The notes under the pieces were generated by a model. That model worked only from the letters and a program-made list of their open reading frames with translations. It ran no database searches and was not told the DNA's origin. This document shows positions 50,657-62,396 of a stretch of DNA of 64,000 nucleotides, in pieces. Origin of the DNA: Xylographa opegraphella (Eukaryota); contig JALDZX010000050.1 in NCBI GenBank assembly GCA_022813865.1, positions 62,001 through 126,000 on the forward strand. The letters run 5' to 3'. The position numbers and the translations under genes were made by a program. Every line of letters starts with the position of its first letter. The first letter of the stretch is position 1.

Positions 50657-52089
50657 AGTATTGGCTTCGAAGGTGAAATGTTCCGCTATTGCCTCCCGGA
50701 ATTCGATCAATAGCCTTGCAAGGAACATTCTGCGAGCACCGCAAGCTTACAGATCCATATGACACCACTCAATCCTGGAGAGTTGGGAACCAGAATTTCT
50801 TTTCAATGTTTCTCCCAATTTGAGCACTCTTGAGACATTGCCCTGGCTACAACGCTTCCTGAACCGTCCAGTTTTTTGCCTTTTGGGAGCTATGAGCCGT
50901 ATCCGTACAGCGAAGATCTCATGAAATAGGCTGCAAGATCCTGGGACGTATAGGTTTTCCTAGGTCATTGTTTGACAGTTTAATGTATTGAGGAACATCG
51001 TGCATGTAATGTCGCGCCATCTTTCGTGCCAATAGAGTGAGGACCTAGATAGTACCAAGATACTTGGAGTCTCTGTCCTATGTATTTTTGTTGTTTCTGT
51101 TCTAAGCCATTGTCTGCTATTTCCCATTCCTATCCAGCTCTTCACCACTCCTTTAAGCTTCAGTGTTTGTGCTTCTTCCGGTCACGTGGAAACTATGGAT
51201 GCAGTGAGCAGTAGCCCAATGCCCCTAATCGGTCACTGTAAGCGCTACTTTTCCTTCATTGAAAGTTCCCTTCTTAGTGGGAAACACACAACAGGGTTGC
51301 TTATATAAAAAACCGAGCTACGAAGATCATGTCACTTGTGCAGACAGGATCGTCATCAATGCGGCCGCTGGAGTCTTGTACATCCAGGTGACAATACTGA
51401 AACAGTGGTCTCAATAGTACCGGCGAACGACATGGGTGGCCGCCAACGCCTCGGACTCGAAGGCTGAGAATAATTTCCAGGTCGCGAAGAGAAAGGCGGC
51501 TTTGATATCGAGATATACATACGGATTTGGTCCCTCTGTGTCTGTGCATTCGAGTTCCCGATTATAGTCTGGATTGTCATCATTGTTATATATGACGCCG
51601 GATGTAGCGAATCGATTTGGGTCGCAGAGTCAACACCTGGTCGTGATGCCTGCCATCGCACGACCGGTTTCATTGGGAGAGTCTGCTAAGAGAACAGTGC
51701 TCATTATGTCTTTTGGCGATTCACGCCCTGGCTCCGATAGCTTGGAAAATGGCCAGCTGAAGCTTGCGTCAAAGTCCAATGGTCCAGAGTAACAGTACGT
51801 AGCAATAACACCATTCCTTTATCAACACGTACTGCCTAGCAGGTACTTATCACTGTCTCTCTAGCTCTTTCACTGCGATTCTTGCTCAGCCATCTTTAGA
51901 TAACCTTACCCAGGCTATATCCAGTTGACACCCTGCACAGTACAATTTGCACAATACATCAACAGTTCCTGTTTTCCTTGACTGTAATATTTCCTTGGCT
52001 GTAATCTTTCCTCAAGCTCTGCTTCTTTCCGAAGAGGTTCATTCCTAGAGAGTTCCAAAAGCCCAAAGACAAGAATCGTATAGGTAGAC

Positions 52090-53856
52090 ATGGCACTTCC
52101 ACTAGCATCAGTTGGAGGATCCTTCAATGGACCGAATACAGGGCTGCCTCTTTACGATCCAAATAACCCCCTGGACATCACATGGCCGATCCTAAGGGAA
52201 GTAGGATGGTCAGCCAACAGGCCTCCGCACATTCTTGGTCGACTGGATCCACCTGCAAGCTGGTACGATGAAACGATAGTGAGCTACATGACAGATACAG
52301 CTGGTAATCTGGTTCTCGACGCGTCTGGGGATCCCATTCGGGAGTTCGGCGTACCAATGCCACGATATCTCTCCTCCAAGCTACCCAAGCTGGAGGCATG
52401 GAGGCTTGAGGCGTATTTCCGGAGTTCGAAGGCTTTTAGCTATCGTGATATGTGGGCACGCCAGCCGAACTGGGTCACTCCACCAACTGCAAAAGCGACC
52501 AATGCTTATGGCAATATCCTTAGCCGTCACGGACGCGATCCATTCAATGCTCGATGCTGGAGCTTGAAGCATAGCAAGAAGCCTTCGAAAGCCGCTGTCA
52601 AGCTTTTGGAGAAGCTGACGCAGGTGCAACTGGACCACAATACCACATGGGTCGTGACACCTGCTGGTATCCATCCGCCAAAATTGCCGAACTTCCTCAT
52701 TCCACTTGACTCGTTCACCGAAGAAGGTTACCCACATACCCCATCTCCCGAGGTTCAAACCGCTCTGACTGAAAGCCGCCGCCTCATGCAACTTGCAAGA
52801 GCCACTGGCAAGACTACTTGGCACGAACTTGAGTCTAACCAGCTACCACTCCGGTGGATACCAAGCAAACATAGTAAATTGGTGAGACCGAGGGCTGTGA
52901 CAGTGGAGGCACATAAATCAGCTGTTGGTAGCAAGCGTCGACCGAAAACCCGCTCTGAGACTTCTGAGGATGCCGAAGGAGACACTTATGAATTGTTCAT
53001 GTCTGTTCACAACACTGGCCTTAGCACAAAGCAGCAACCTTTTCAAAACCCCACTTCAGAAGCTCTTTACGCAGGTCAGCCTATGCTGCACAACACCTTG
53101 GGTGCTCCTACCGCGGTGGATCGTAATCAAGTATTCACCGAAGCTGGATTCTGGCGTCCTGGTCATCACAATTCTTATGGCGATACTCATTATTGGAACG
53201 GGCCGACCAATGCAGGTGCTACCATGCAGGATCAGCAATTTTCGACACAACACAGAGTTCTAGAGCAAGACAACGGTGATTACTTGCCGGAGAGTATCGG
53301 AACATTCGGACATCCTGGTCAATATCCATCATGGAACGAGCCAGTCCCCCGTCATCCTTATTTCATGACCAACACGCACAATTTCGAAGTCCCAATGCAA
53401 TATCGAGATGGACGAGGTTATGGAACTGGTCAAGCGTTAGCAAGTGGCGAAGTTGAGATAGAAGACCAGGAGATATACAATGGATTTCCAATCAGCTATG
53501 CAGGACCAAGCTCAGCCAATCAATTTGGGAATGCAAGTTATGGCCCTGTTCATTATGAGTCTCGGATATATGCTTCACAATCCCAGGGAAATAACATGAG
53601 CGGAACGCCTCAGCCACTAGGAGCTGAGCCGCATAATCAATCCTATAACCGACTGTCATTAAGCGGCGACACCGGGGATAACATTCATGAGTATGCGGGC
53701 CCGTCGACGTACGCAGTAGGTAGCCACGCAGCTGGTCGCCAGAACATGTGTCGTCGGTATGGTGGTATTGGCTCTGAAGGTTATCAAACTCATCCCAGCG
53801 ACGCGATCTCACCGTCTCGACCGGGCGGGCATTTCTACCAGTTGTTCCAAGACTAA
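52090..53856 (+). CDS. Hypothetical protein A (588 aa), unrecognised N-terminal domain plus low-complexity tail; paralogue of the 57181 gene
   Basis: Long uninterrupted ORF. Shares the motifs ILGRLDPPxSW, PRYxSSK, FRSS, YRDxWARQPxWV and GRxPFxxxCWS with the downstream ORF. Confidence 0.8.
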   Translation: MALPLASVGGSFNGPNTGLPLYDPNNPLDITWPILREVGWSANRPPHILGRLDPPASWYDETIVSYMTDTAGNLVLDASGDPIREFGVPMPRYLSSKLPKLEAWRLEAYFRSSKAFSYRDMWARQPNWVTPPTAKATNAYGNILSRHGRDPFNARCWSLKHSKKPSKAAVKLLEKLTQVQLDHNTTWVVTPAGIHPPKLPNFLIPLDSFTEEGYPHTPSPEVQTALTESRRLMQLARATGKTTWHELESNQLPLRWIPSKHSKLVRPRAVTVEAHKSAVGSKRRPKTRSETSEDAEGDTYELFMSVHNTGLSTKQQPFQNPTSEALYAGQPMLHNTLGAPTAVDRNQVFTEAGFWRPGHHNSYGDTHYWNGPTNAGATMQDQQFSTQHRVLEQDNGDYLPESIGTFGHPGQYPSWNEPVPRHPYFMTNTHNFEVPMQYRDGRGYGTGQALASGEVEIEDQEIYNGFPISYAGPSSANQFGNASYGPVHYESRIYASQSQGNNMSGTPQPLGAEPHNQSYNRLSLSGDTGDNIHEYAGPSTYAVGSHAAGRQNMCRRYGGIGSEGYQTHPSDAISPSRPGGHFYQLFQD

Positions 53857-56800
53857 AGAGTGGTTCTGGATGTACTCGTTTGGGCCAGCGGGGATTGATG
53901 TCAGATCAGTATTATATTGGATGACCTGGCGTGAGAATGGGGCTAAATCCGCAGGAGACTGGCCATGTCCGGATGTCGTTGGACTGTGATTCTTTCGGAC
54001 AAGTTATGGTTGACGTGATTTGATGCATGCAAATCATGTAGAGCTTAACGTGTTCAGATGGCCTTTGGGAATCGAAATGACTGCAGGTTGCTAGGACGGA
54101 ATCAATGGCTTCTTGGGGAACGCAAGAGTACTGCTTGCGTGTTGCGTGTGCTCCGCAGAGCTGTGGCAGCGGTGCTGAACGGTAGACTTTAGACAAAAAG
54201 CATACATAATTTAGAACGAAAAGCAAACTAACTTCTGGCTAATGCTCCTGCGTGCTACCTACCTCCATCTTTGCTGTACTAGAGCCACTTCTGACTACTT
54301 GGAGTAGCTACATACCCGTCATATTTATCTTCCCGCCACCGTGCCGCCGCTCTCTTGCCCCGTCCAGTAATTTTCCAGAAGACGCCGGCCCTTAAAAGAA
54401 AAGTGACACCAGCATCCCGGTTGCTTCCTCTCTGCCACATAAAAGCTTGAACTTCCTTCCATCCGCCGCAGCCTCAGCATGTGACGGCAAATGAAGAGGT
54501 TGCAATATCGGTGCTGTGACAACACGCAGAGGTAAGCAAAGACACGTGTGGTTACTGGCACCGCTTCCCTGCGGCGTCCACACAACGCTCTAGATCACAC
54601 ATCTCGTTGTTGTCTCTTTCTCCTTCGACTCGCTCTTGTTGAACAAGCCTCACATCAAACGTAGCCTCTGGAACCCCCTTGAATCATTCTGGATTATTGC
54701 TTTGTCGACATGCGAATGATGAGTCCCTCTAAATGCGTGAAAGGTAGCACACCTGCAGCCGGCCTTTATGATGTCTCTGCCATAGCTCATCCGCCAACCC
54801 CACCGCGAGTCTTCTTCTGCATCTCCGCAACATGAACTTCGTAAGTGTCGCTCCGGCGCTGGCTCGATCCACGCCGTCCACGAAAGTCTAGTTGCCAGAC
54901 GGGGATGGAATGAGTACGCCGCCGAGCTGGAACGGTCTGAACACGCCGGCGATTTCGACGCCTCGGCGTCATTTCATCTTCCTTCGCATTCAAGCCACGA
55001 AAGGTTTCAACTCCCCGGTCATCCTATGCCTTCCAACACATATATCATGAGATATACGGTCATCTCAGTTCTCCATGCAGGGCATAAGAGGGCCAGCCGC
55101 CACTTTGTGGCGCAGCACGCTAACTGAGTTTGTGGCAGGAACACCACGAAAGTAACGGCGGTTTGCTTCAATCGTGAAGCAGTGAGCTTCCTCGCTTGAG
55201 GTCGTGGACTGCGTCTCTAATTGTGACTATGTGATCTGTTACGTTTTGACGAACATGATGTCCTTGTGTTTGAAGCAGGCCCAGCTTCGTATTCACCTAC
55301 GAACCAAGTCCAATCTTTTGATCCCATTCTTGTTCTGCTGCGTTGACTGCTTGTTATTGCTTTATCTTCCTTGCACGAGACTTCCTCTTGTAGCTGGATC
55401 CCATTGACTGGGTCATGCCCTGAGTATATGCGAGGAAAGAGCCACTTTATTTCTTCATCAAATGCATTCCCCTCAACGACTTTCCCAGTCATTCGACTAT
55501 TTCTGTTCTCTTTCAATAGCTATAGTCTCAAGCTCTGAGCCATCAATTGTGCTTTGGCCGGAGATGCAGACATCTGGCGCCTTCAAAGGTTTGTACCGGC
55601 AATTGGTGTTCTGGTATCTTGCCTGAATGGTCTCTTTGATGCAAACGCAAAGATCCTGTGGGTCCTAGAAGCAGTCGATCATCTTGGAAGAACCACTTTT
55701 TGTATCTCAGAAACCCTGGATGCAAGAGTTCAGGTGCAGTCAAAGTGGAGATGACGTCCATCAAACCGGAGCACTTACTGCAGTCCGAACGCTTGATGTT
55801 GGAGGAGTTTGAGAATCTCGCTGGTACATATGGTCTCGTTTGCAAGCCGAGCGTGATGAGAGCGTATGATTCAACGTAAGATGTGACTATCAAGGCATCG
55901 GAAAGAGAGTGGCATGTCTGGTGATGTCCGACGTCGGCAGTGTTGAAAAGAGTCGAAACGTCCAAGATTATATGGCAAATTCATTGGAGATACAAAACGT
56001 GACCCGTTAGCCTGTGCTCCTTCGACAAGAGAGGAGATGTGGGCCGTTTCGAAGTTTAGACCTATCATGGTTAAGCTTGCTGAAGGGAATTGGTAATACG
56101 AACTTGACGTTGACTGCTGGTAAGGCTTCACGACAATACAGGCATTCAAGAATAGTTAAAAAGACTGTCTGAAGATTGAAGGAGCTTCAGAATGGCCAAA
56201 ACATAGACGACGGTGGAGGTCCTAGGCCAACAATGCTGATACTCAGAGCCTATGGTCACTGCAGAGCCATTATTTTCTACGGCCGATCGTGTACCCTAGC
56301 ACCGCAATTCAACTTACGGGTGCTATGGCGATAACGCCGCCACTGAACACGCTTCTTGGCGCGTCAAAACAATTCCTACATTTTGTTTTCACATAGCTTC
56401 GCTCACCTCGTCAAGAATACTCGCACTGTTGCACTTGCAGAACATAGAGCTTCGTACTATCCCAGGTCTTGGAGCTGAGCTTCCCAGTATCTGCAGATAC
56501 GACCTCTTGTATTTGCAGACCACAACACTCAACTGCCCCTGAAGGATCTTGACCCTCAGAAATTGGTAGGCTACGGTGAGGATCACAGCATCAACTGCAT
56601 CAAGGCCCATCTCGCTGCACGTACGAACTGTTGCTTTGCTCATCTCCTGCATCCTCATCATCAGTCTTCTACTCTGGTGCTCTAAACTGGTGAGTTTACA
56701 TCGAGGCCCCTTCTAAGTTGAGTGGGTCTCGTCTGAAATGCTTTTGATCTGATGATTCTAATCTCATCGGATCTTGCTAGTAATCAACAGTCTTATCAAC

Positions 56801-57180
56801 TGCTGGTCTTTTCTTGTGCAACTTACAGCTCTTAATCTTTATAAGTCTCTGGATCAATTTCGCCGGTTCCATTATTTGGTGAGTTAGCACTTCTGGCTTT
56901 AACTTCAACCTTACTCATGAAGGTCTCTAGCTCAAGAGCACTGTGATCTTACGGTTGTTACTCTTGCTTGTCAAGGTCACACACCGAAAGCACAACAGAT
57001 CTCGAACCTCGAAGCTCAGTTGATCTACCTCCTGTCTTCTGTGATCTTAGACTGCCACCCTTCAGGACACGTGAGCTTAGCTTTCGCTGGCATTTCTATA
57101 AGTTATTGGCTTGACCACTTCGAACCTCTGAGGATCACGCTCATCACCGATCTTTGTTAGCTACAAAGTGTATCGCCAAG

Positions 57181-59304
57181 ATGCCCAAAGAAACGAAGAC
57201 GATCATTAAGGAAGAGACGATCATTAAGGAAGAGACGATCATTAAGGAAGAGACGATCATTAAGGGAGAGACGATCATTAAGGAAGAGACTCCCCACCCC
57301 ACCGACTTAACAAATCCAGTTGATATTACCACGTGGAATCCTGACCAACCAGTGTATTCGAGGGATAATCCTCACCCGATTCTTGGTCGTTTGGATCCAC
57401 CTACTTCTTGGTTTGTCAAAAAGATCACCTATTTGCTCGGAGATGATGGACAGCCATTGCTGGATCGTGAAGACTGCCCAATCAAGGACTGGCCTGGATG
57501 GCCACGCTATATTTCGTCCAAGATTGGTGGCCATGACATGGAAGTGCTATTTCGGTCGTCTTGCCGAGTGACCTACAGGGATATCTGGGCACGTCAACCT
57601 TCCTGGGTAGTGCCACTCAACAGCATGATAACAAATAGGCTGAATCAGCGTCGTCTTAGAGAAGGAAGAATCCCTTTTGGGGGACTCTGTTGGTCCCGTA
57701 GATATGCCTCTCGAGCTTCACCAAAGACAGTAGCTCTTGCCGTCGCTGATCTAACCCGGGATCAAATTCGGTACAACACGAATTTCCTAATTAAGGACGG
57801 CGGAATCAAGTCTCGGCACGGAGGCCAACTGTTGCCTCTGGACTACTATCTCTCAGGGGAAGATCTTCACATCCCGAGCGAGATGGTATATGACGCATTA
57901 GTTCTAATTCATGAATTAGCGCGTGCTACCAAGGCTCATGTCTTGCTGCAACGGAGACTATTCCGTGGAAACTATGAACTGGCAGCCACGATGACTATAG
58001 GAAATGAACTACAAGTATACAACGCCGCCAACTTACCAGCGTCTCGCCGACGACGTAGAATGTCAACACATTCTCAGAGTAATAAGAAACCTAGATTGGA
58101 TTCTCAAGGGGAAATTGTGGGTGAAGCAGGTGAATCTGATGCTGGGTTTCTTTTCGAGGAAGACTTGCACGAGGATACCGGAGCAGGATCCACAGACCTG
58201 GACCAGCCGTCATTTCTACATGCTTACGAAGACTTTTACAACGCCGAGATTGTAAGAGCAGTTCGTGTTGCGAAAGCTACGCGAGCGGTCGATCAGTGGT
58301 TGTACGAGAACGATACGGAAGAAGAATTTGAAGATTCAGACCTGGAATATTATGGATTCCTGGAACAGGAATATTATGAAGCTTACCAGGAACAGTCCAA
58401 GGAAGTGGACCAGGAAAAGTACGAGGAGTCGAACCATGAATCGTATGAGGATGACATTCGGAGCAACCATTACATCACCCACATTGAATACAGACCTGTG
58501 GAGGCCTATCATAATGACCGGTACCATTCTGACCTATATCATAATAGCGAATATCGTGTTGACCAATATCATGATAACGGGAATGATCATGGCGAGTATC
58601 ATCATGCCGAATTTCATCATGCCGAATTTCATGATGCCGAGTATCATGATCCCGAGTATCATGATCCCGAGTATCGTAATGCCGAGTATCATGATGCCGA
58701 GTATCATGATGCCGACCATTACCACGGGAACGACATCATGGCTTCTACTCATGGGACTTACGACACCACCGAGGAGTACTATGCTCAATTTACCAAAGGT
58801 CTCTATGAGGATGATGAATCTGATGGCTTTAGCTCTCGTGCAGTTGAATCGAAACCGGAGGAGGAACACAAGGTATATGACAAGGTTGATGTCGAGACTC
58901 TCAGAATTGTCTCTTACGACAGTAACGAAGCAAACCGACCTTATCCTGACAGTATACATGAAGATGAAGCTGCGATAAATGCATTTGCTGCCGCTGTCAA
59001 CCGATCGTCCGATCATAGTCAAAATGAAGACGATCGGTCCGATGCTTCCGGAGATGCGTTTGGCATCTATGGAAATCCGTCGGCACCCTCCCTCCGCCCC
59101 GCCCCCCTCAACCTCCTCCTGGAGGAGAGCTTGGTTGGATCCGAAGATGAATACCGGCCCCTTGCTCACTCCTCGCCCACCCCCGCGGCATGGCCGGCAG
59201 CGCCTGCCCGTCTCTATTACAATGAGGCGGGTGAGGCATTCTCCAGCTACGCGGATAGTCTGCCGGGTAAGTACCTTCAGGACTCCTGTGTCAACCTTCC
59301 GTGA
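57181..59304 (+). CDS. Hypothetical protein B (~707 aa from the first ATG; the start may be extended by an upstream exon), same N-terminal domain plus acidic/His/Tyr-rich tail
   Basis: Long uninterrupted ORF (open from before 57154) with the shared motifs, an RRRRR...KKPR basic patch and two in-frame tandem repeats. Confidence 0.8.
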   Translation: MPKETKTIIKEETIIKEETIIKEETIIKGETIIKEETPHPTDLTNPVDITTWNPDQPVYSRDNPHPILGRLDPPTSWFVKKITYLLGDDGQPLLDREDCPIKDWPGWPRYISSKIGGHDMEVLFRSSCRVTYRDIWARQPSWVVPLNSMITNRLNQRRLREGRIPFGGLCWSRRYASRASPKTVALAVADLTRDQIRYNTNFLIKDGGIKSRHGGQLLPLDYYLSGEDLHIPSEMVYDALVLIHELARATKAHVLLQRRLFRGNYELAATMTIGNELQVYNAANLPASRRRRRMSTHSQSNKKPRLDSQGEIVGEAGESDAGFLFEEDLHEDTGAGSTDLDQPSFLHAYEDFYNAEIVRAVRVAKATRAVDQWLYENDTEEEFEDSDLEYYGFLEQEYYEAYQEQSKEVDQEKYEESNHESYEDDIRSNHYITHIEYRPVEAYHNDRYHSDLYHNSEYRVDQYHDNGNDHGEYHHAEFHHAEFHDAEYHDPEYHDPEYRNAEYHDAEYHDADHYHGNDIMASTHGTYDTTEEYYAQFTKGLYEDDESDGFSSRAVESKPEEEHKVYDKVDVETLRIVSYDSNEANRPYPDSIHEDEAAINAFAAAVNRSSDHSQNEDDRSDASGDAFGIYGNPSAPSLRPAPLNLLLEESLVGSEDEYRPLAHSSPTPAAWPAAPARLYYNEAGEAFSSYADSLPGKYLQDSCVNLP
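57196..57290 (+). repeat. Coding 18-bp tandem repeat (GAGACGATCATTAAGGAA), about 5.3 copies, encoding ETIIKE
   Basis: Read directly. One unit has GAA>GGA (IKGE). Confidence 0.95.
58591..58715 (+). repeat. Coding 15-bp tandem repeat (GCCGAGTATCATGAT), 8 copies, encoding [AP]E[YF]H[DH]
   Basis: Read directly. More degenerate units (YHNDR, YHSDL, YHNSE, YHDNG) extend upstream to about 58505. Confidence 0.9.
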
Positions 59305-59960
59305 TAGCTAACCACTCCATCGATCAGAAAGCTTGATCGACCCGGCGCTCCAGTAATGAATAGTTTTTTTTGTTGAATATTGTAAGTTCTATGGCCACCG
59401 TCTCCCGCTTGGGACCTCTCCCTGGTTGGTATCTAACAGGCCTGCAGGTTTTTTTTTGCCCCTTCTGTTTTCTTCCTTCGTCGTGTATGCGCGCGTGTGC
59501 GGTTCTCTGCCGTGCTTGTTACTTTACAAGCTAAAAATTGATGCCGTGCCTCTGTCTGAAGGTGTACAGGCCTTCGGGCCTGCACAACCTGACGATATGC
59601 AGCTTGCCTCTTCTCGTTTTGTATAGTACCACGAATTCGTGTTTTTTTTGTTCTTCCTGCTGCATGTACCATGAATAGAAGCTCTCCTCTTGTGCCATGC
59701 TCTTGATGGTGCGGTGTGATATTTGTGATTATGCTGTGAATCGGACGGTCATAGATATTGTCGAACAGTCATCACGTAGGTTCGGGGCTTGGTGTGAATC
59801 ATGCAAGCTTTAATTGTTACGTATGTAGATACATGTCCATTTGACCCTTATCTTGGCCTTCTGAAGCACCAGCTCCCAGTTTCTAAGCCGACAAGTGTTA
59901 CAAACAGGTAGTATTTCGAGCCCAGTATCTGAACCCAAGCCTCATCACTCATCACTCTGT

Positions 59961-60854
59961 TCACGTCCACAGTCTCCATCGAAGTCCCATCCCTAGCACC
60001 ATCGATGCGATCACATATCCTATCGTCCAGTCTCCGCCAAACGCGTCCACCCCTATGCCCTGGAAAGGATCTACGATGCGACCTCCTGTACCTGTGCCAG
60101 TAACAGCGGTGAAGCTAGTGCTATGATTACTCGATGCGAGCGGCAAATGGGTAGTAGTGAGTGTTATTCTTGTTAATACGGGGAGCGCTGGCCCATTAGG
60201 TGTGAAGGTTATGGGAGCCAGAGGTGAGGTGGCGGATGAAATAGGGTTGGCCATAGGTGAGAAAGAGGAAGGTGACGTGCTAACTGTGGCCACGGATGAA
60301 GTAGTTGATGTTATCCTCGACGAACCTGTGTCAGTTAGAGTGGCTACAGTTGTCGTCGAAGTAGGTTGGCTATTGAGAAAGGGAGACTCAAGACTGCTTG
60401 CGGAGGAGGAAGTCGCGCTGACTTGTGTGTCGGCATCAGGAGTCACTGTCGGAGCCGCAAGGGTGGGTAACGCCGTGGCAATGTTTGTCACGGTAACCTC
60501 AATATGAGGAGGGTAGGTATCGGTGGAGATCCGAGGCCCTAGATAGAGGGAGTTTCCAGCTGAGTTGCAACCAAGCGAAATTGTTTGCGGCAGCCAGTCT
60601 TTCCCACTATGAAGAGTGATTGGCGGACCACCAGCCACGAGCGTCTGATCTGCGGAGGTTGACTGCGTCGCGCCTCCGATGATGAGTTCGGTAGGGTTCA
60701 CCTCGACTATCCGAAGACCTTCAACGGTATAAATTGTTGGTGTCGCTGGGATTGGAAGAACAGCTGTATGCCAGATGTAGATATCGTTCACACCTGTGGC
60801 AACTGTGGTAGTGAATATCGTCTTCAATACAGCATTGATAGTCAATGTCGACAT
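59961..60854 (-). CDS. Ser/Thr-rich putative cell-surface (GPI- or tail-anchored) protein
   Basis: 297-aa ORF rich in S/T/P, with a 'QTLVAGGPPITL...TISLG' motif of the type seen in ascomycete wall proteins and a hydrophobic C-terminus. No clear N-terminal signal peptide. Confidence 0.65.
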   Translation of the reverse strand: MSTLTINAVLKTIFTTTVATGVNDIYIWHTAVLPIPATPTIYTVEGLRIVEVNPTELIIGGATQSTSADQTLVAGGPPITLHSGKDWLPQTISLGCNSAGNSLYLGPRISTDTYPPHIEVTVTNIATALPTLAAPTVTPDADTQVSATSSSASSLESPFLNSQPTSTTTVATLTDTGSSRITSTTSSVATVSTSPSSFSPMANPISSATSPLAPITFTPNGPALPVLTRITLTTTHLPLASSNHSTSFTAVTGTGTGGRIVDPFQGIGVDAFGGDWTIGYVIASMVLGMGLRWRLWT

Positions 60855-62396
60855 CTCAGAGTTGGAAGTACTTTGATGAGAAAGATGTCGTAAAGCTTTC
60901 CTAATGTATCAAGGACCGAATATTTGGGTAGCAGCTACTCTTAAAATGTGGTCTACTTTCAGTCCGCCTCTCCAAAGGATCGAGTCCGGTTGTCGCGTCA
61001 GTGATCAATGAGAGCGAAGAACGGTAGGGAGACAAGACAGTTCAGCTTGTAGAAGAAGAGTGCCCAATACAAGATTGACCACGAGGGAAATGCCAAGTCA
61101 GGAAGTAGAGGTGGACCAGTCTTGGTGATACAGTAAAGTCCATATAGTAAGCCACAAGCCGTTGGTCAAGCTTACTGCTGTACTGCCCATAATAGGAGTA
61201 TACCAGAACCCCATCACTGGGAAGAACGTGGGCCATAGATTCATCTTGCCTCGCTCACAGATCAGCACGGAGCGGCTTCACGAATCACAACCAAGATAGA
61301 AACAGCGATAACCTGATCAGGATTCTGAATAGCTCGCTATGCTTCAAGATAACAACACGTGCATTTTGCGAGGGATTCTGACAGCCCAAAGCCAAGGGTG
61401 AACCATGTCAGACTGGACGTTCAAAGTCATAGGTTGGATGGAATCGTTGGGATGAAAAGCGGGTCTTCATAGATACTGAGATACTGTAGAAAATAGACCC
61501 GTCCAGCATGAAACAAGCGACGAATCAACGCGGAAAGATCGATCGCTTATGGCTTGCAGGACTCTGAGGTTTATGGCGTCAAAAATAGTATTCCAAGAAC
61601 AATCACCAGCAAACTTGAAGCTAATCGCTCGATTTAGCGCTTACGTTGGGTCAGCATCATGGTCACCGACTGGAATAGGATCGTTGTGGCCACGGGGCTG
61701 GACTATGTCATTGACTGGCTCATCCTTTGAGGTTGTGGTGGAACAAGCTCAAGACAGCATACGATGCTTCTAATAATTCGTCTGCATTAGAATAGCTGAA
61801 TGGGTCGTTCTATCTATTGTTCCCACAACTCTAGTGGATTAGCGACGTGGTGGTCTGGACAGCACCTGTGGATTTCTTTTCGGCATGGAAAGACTGGTGA
61901 CTACAAGTTTGTTATAGAAGAGTGGCGAAAGCCATTACATACTGCTTATTGGCCACCGGTGGTTTTGCTTCAAGCTCAAATCCACATTCGCCGCGTTTGC
62001 TACGCCGTTCACAGGAACGCAACCTCTACAGGTGAGAAATACCCAGCTGTCTATTCGACTTACATGCCGGGCCCACAACTTACGTGATATATGGCATTGG
62101 CATATATGGCTGGGTTTGCTCTCAGCCTGATCGCGTGTACTCACGCAAAGGTGGACCGACACTGTATTGACGCTATGTCTTCATTGTTATTGTAGTCATG
62201 CTAGCAGTTGTCAAATGTACAGGAACGAAGAAGGCCTGTCCCACCAAGTGGCAGCGTACGTCTGCCACGTCGCAATATGCTTTGGAGAACACATCCACCC
62301 CTCAGTATGAAATCGCTCAAAGCTTGACCACCCCTGTTGTACGTTTGCCTTATATACACGTGGTCGTGGCTTTTCAACTTCAGCAAATGACCTATC

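Noticed and set aside
58265..59169. Long alternative-frame ORFs (58265-58978 +, 58534-59169 -) with MMPSI or MILGI repeats
   Set aside because: They are shadow frames produced by the 15-bp coding repeat of protein B.
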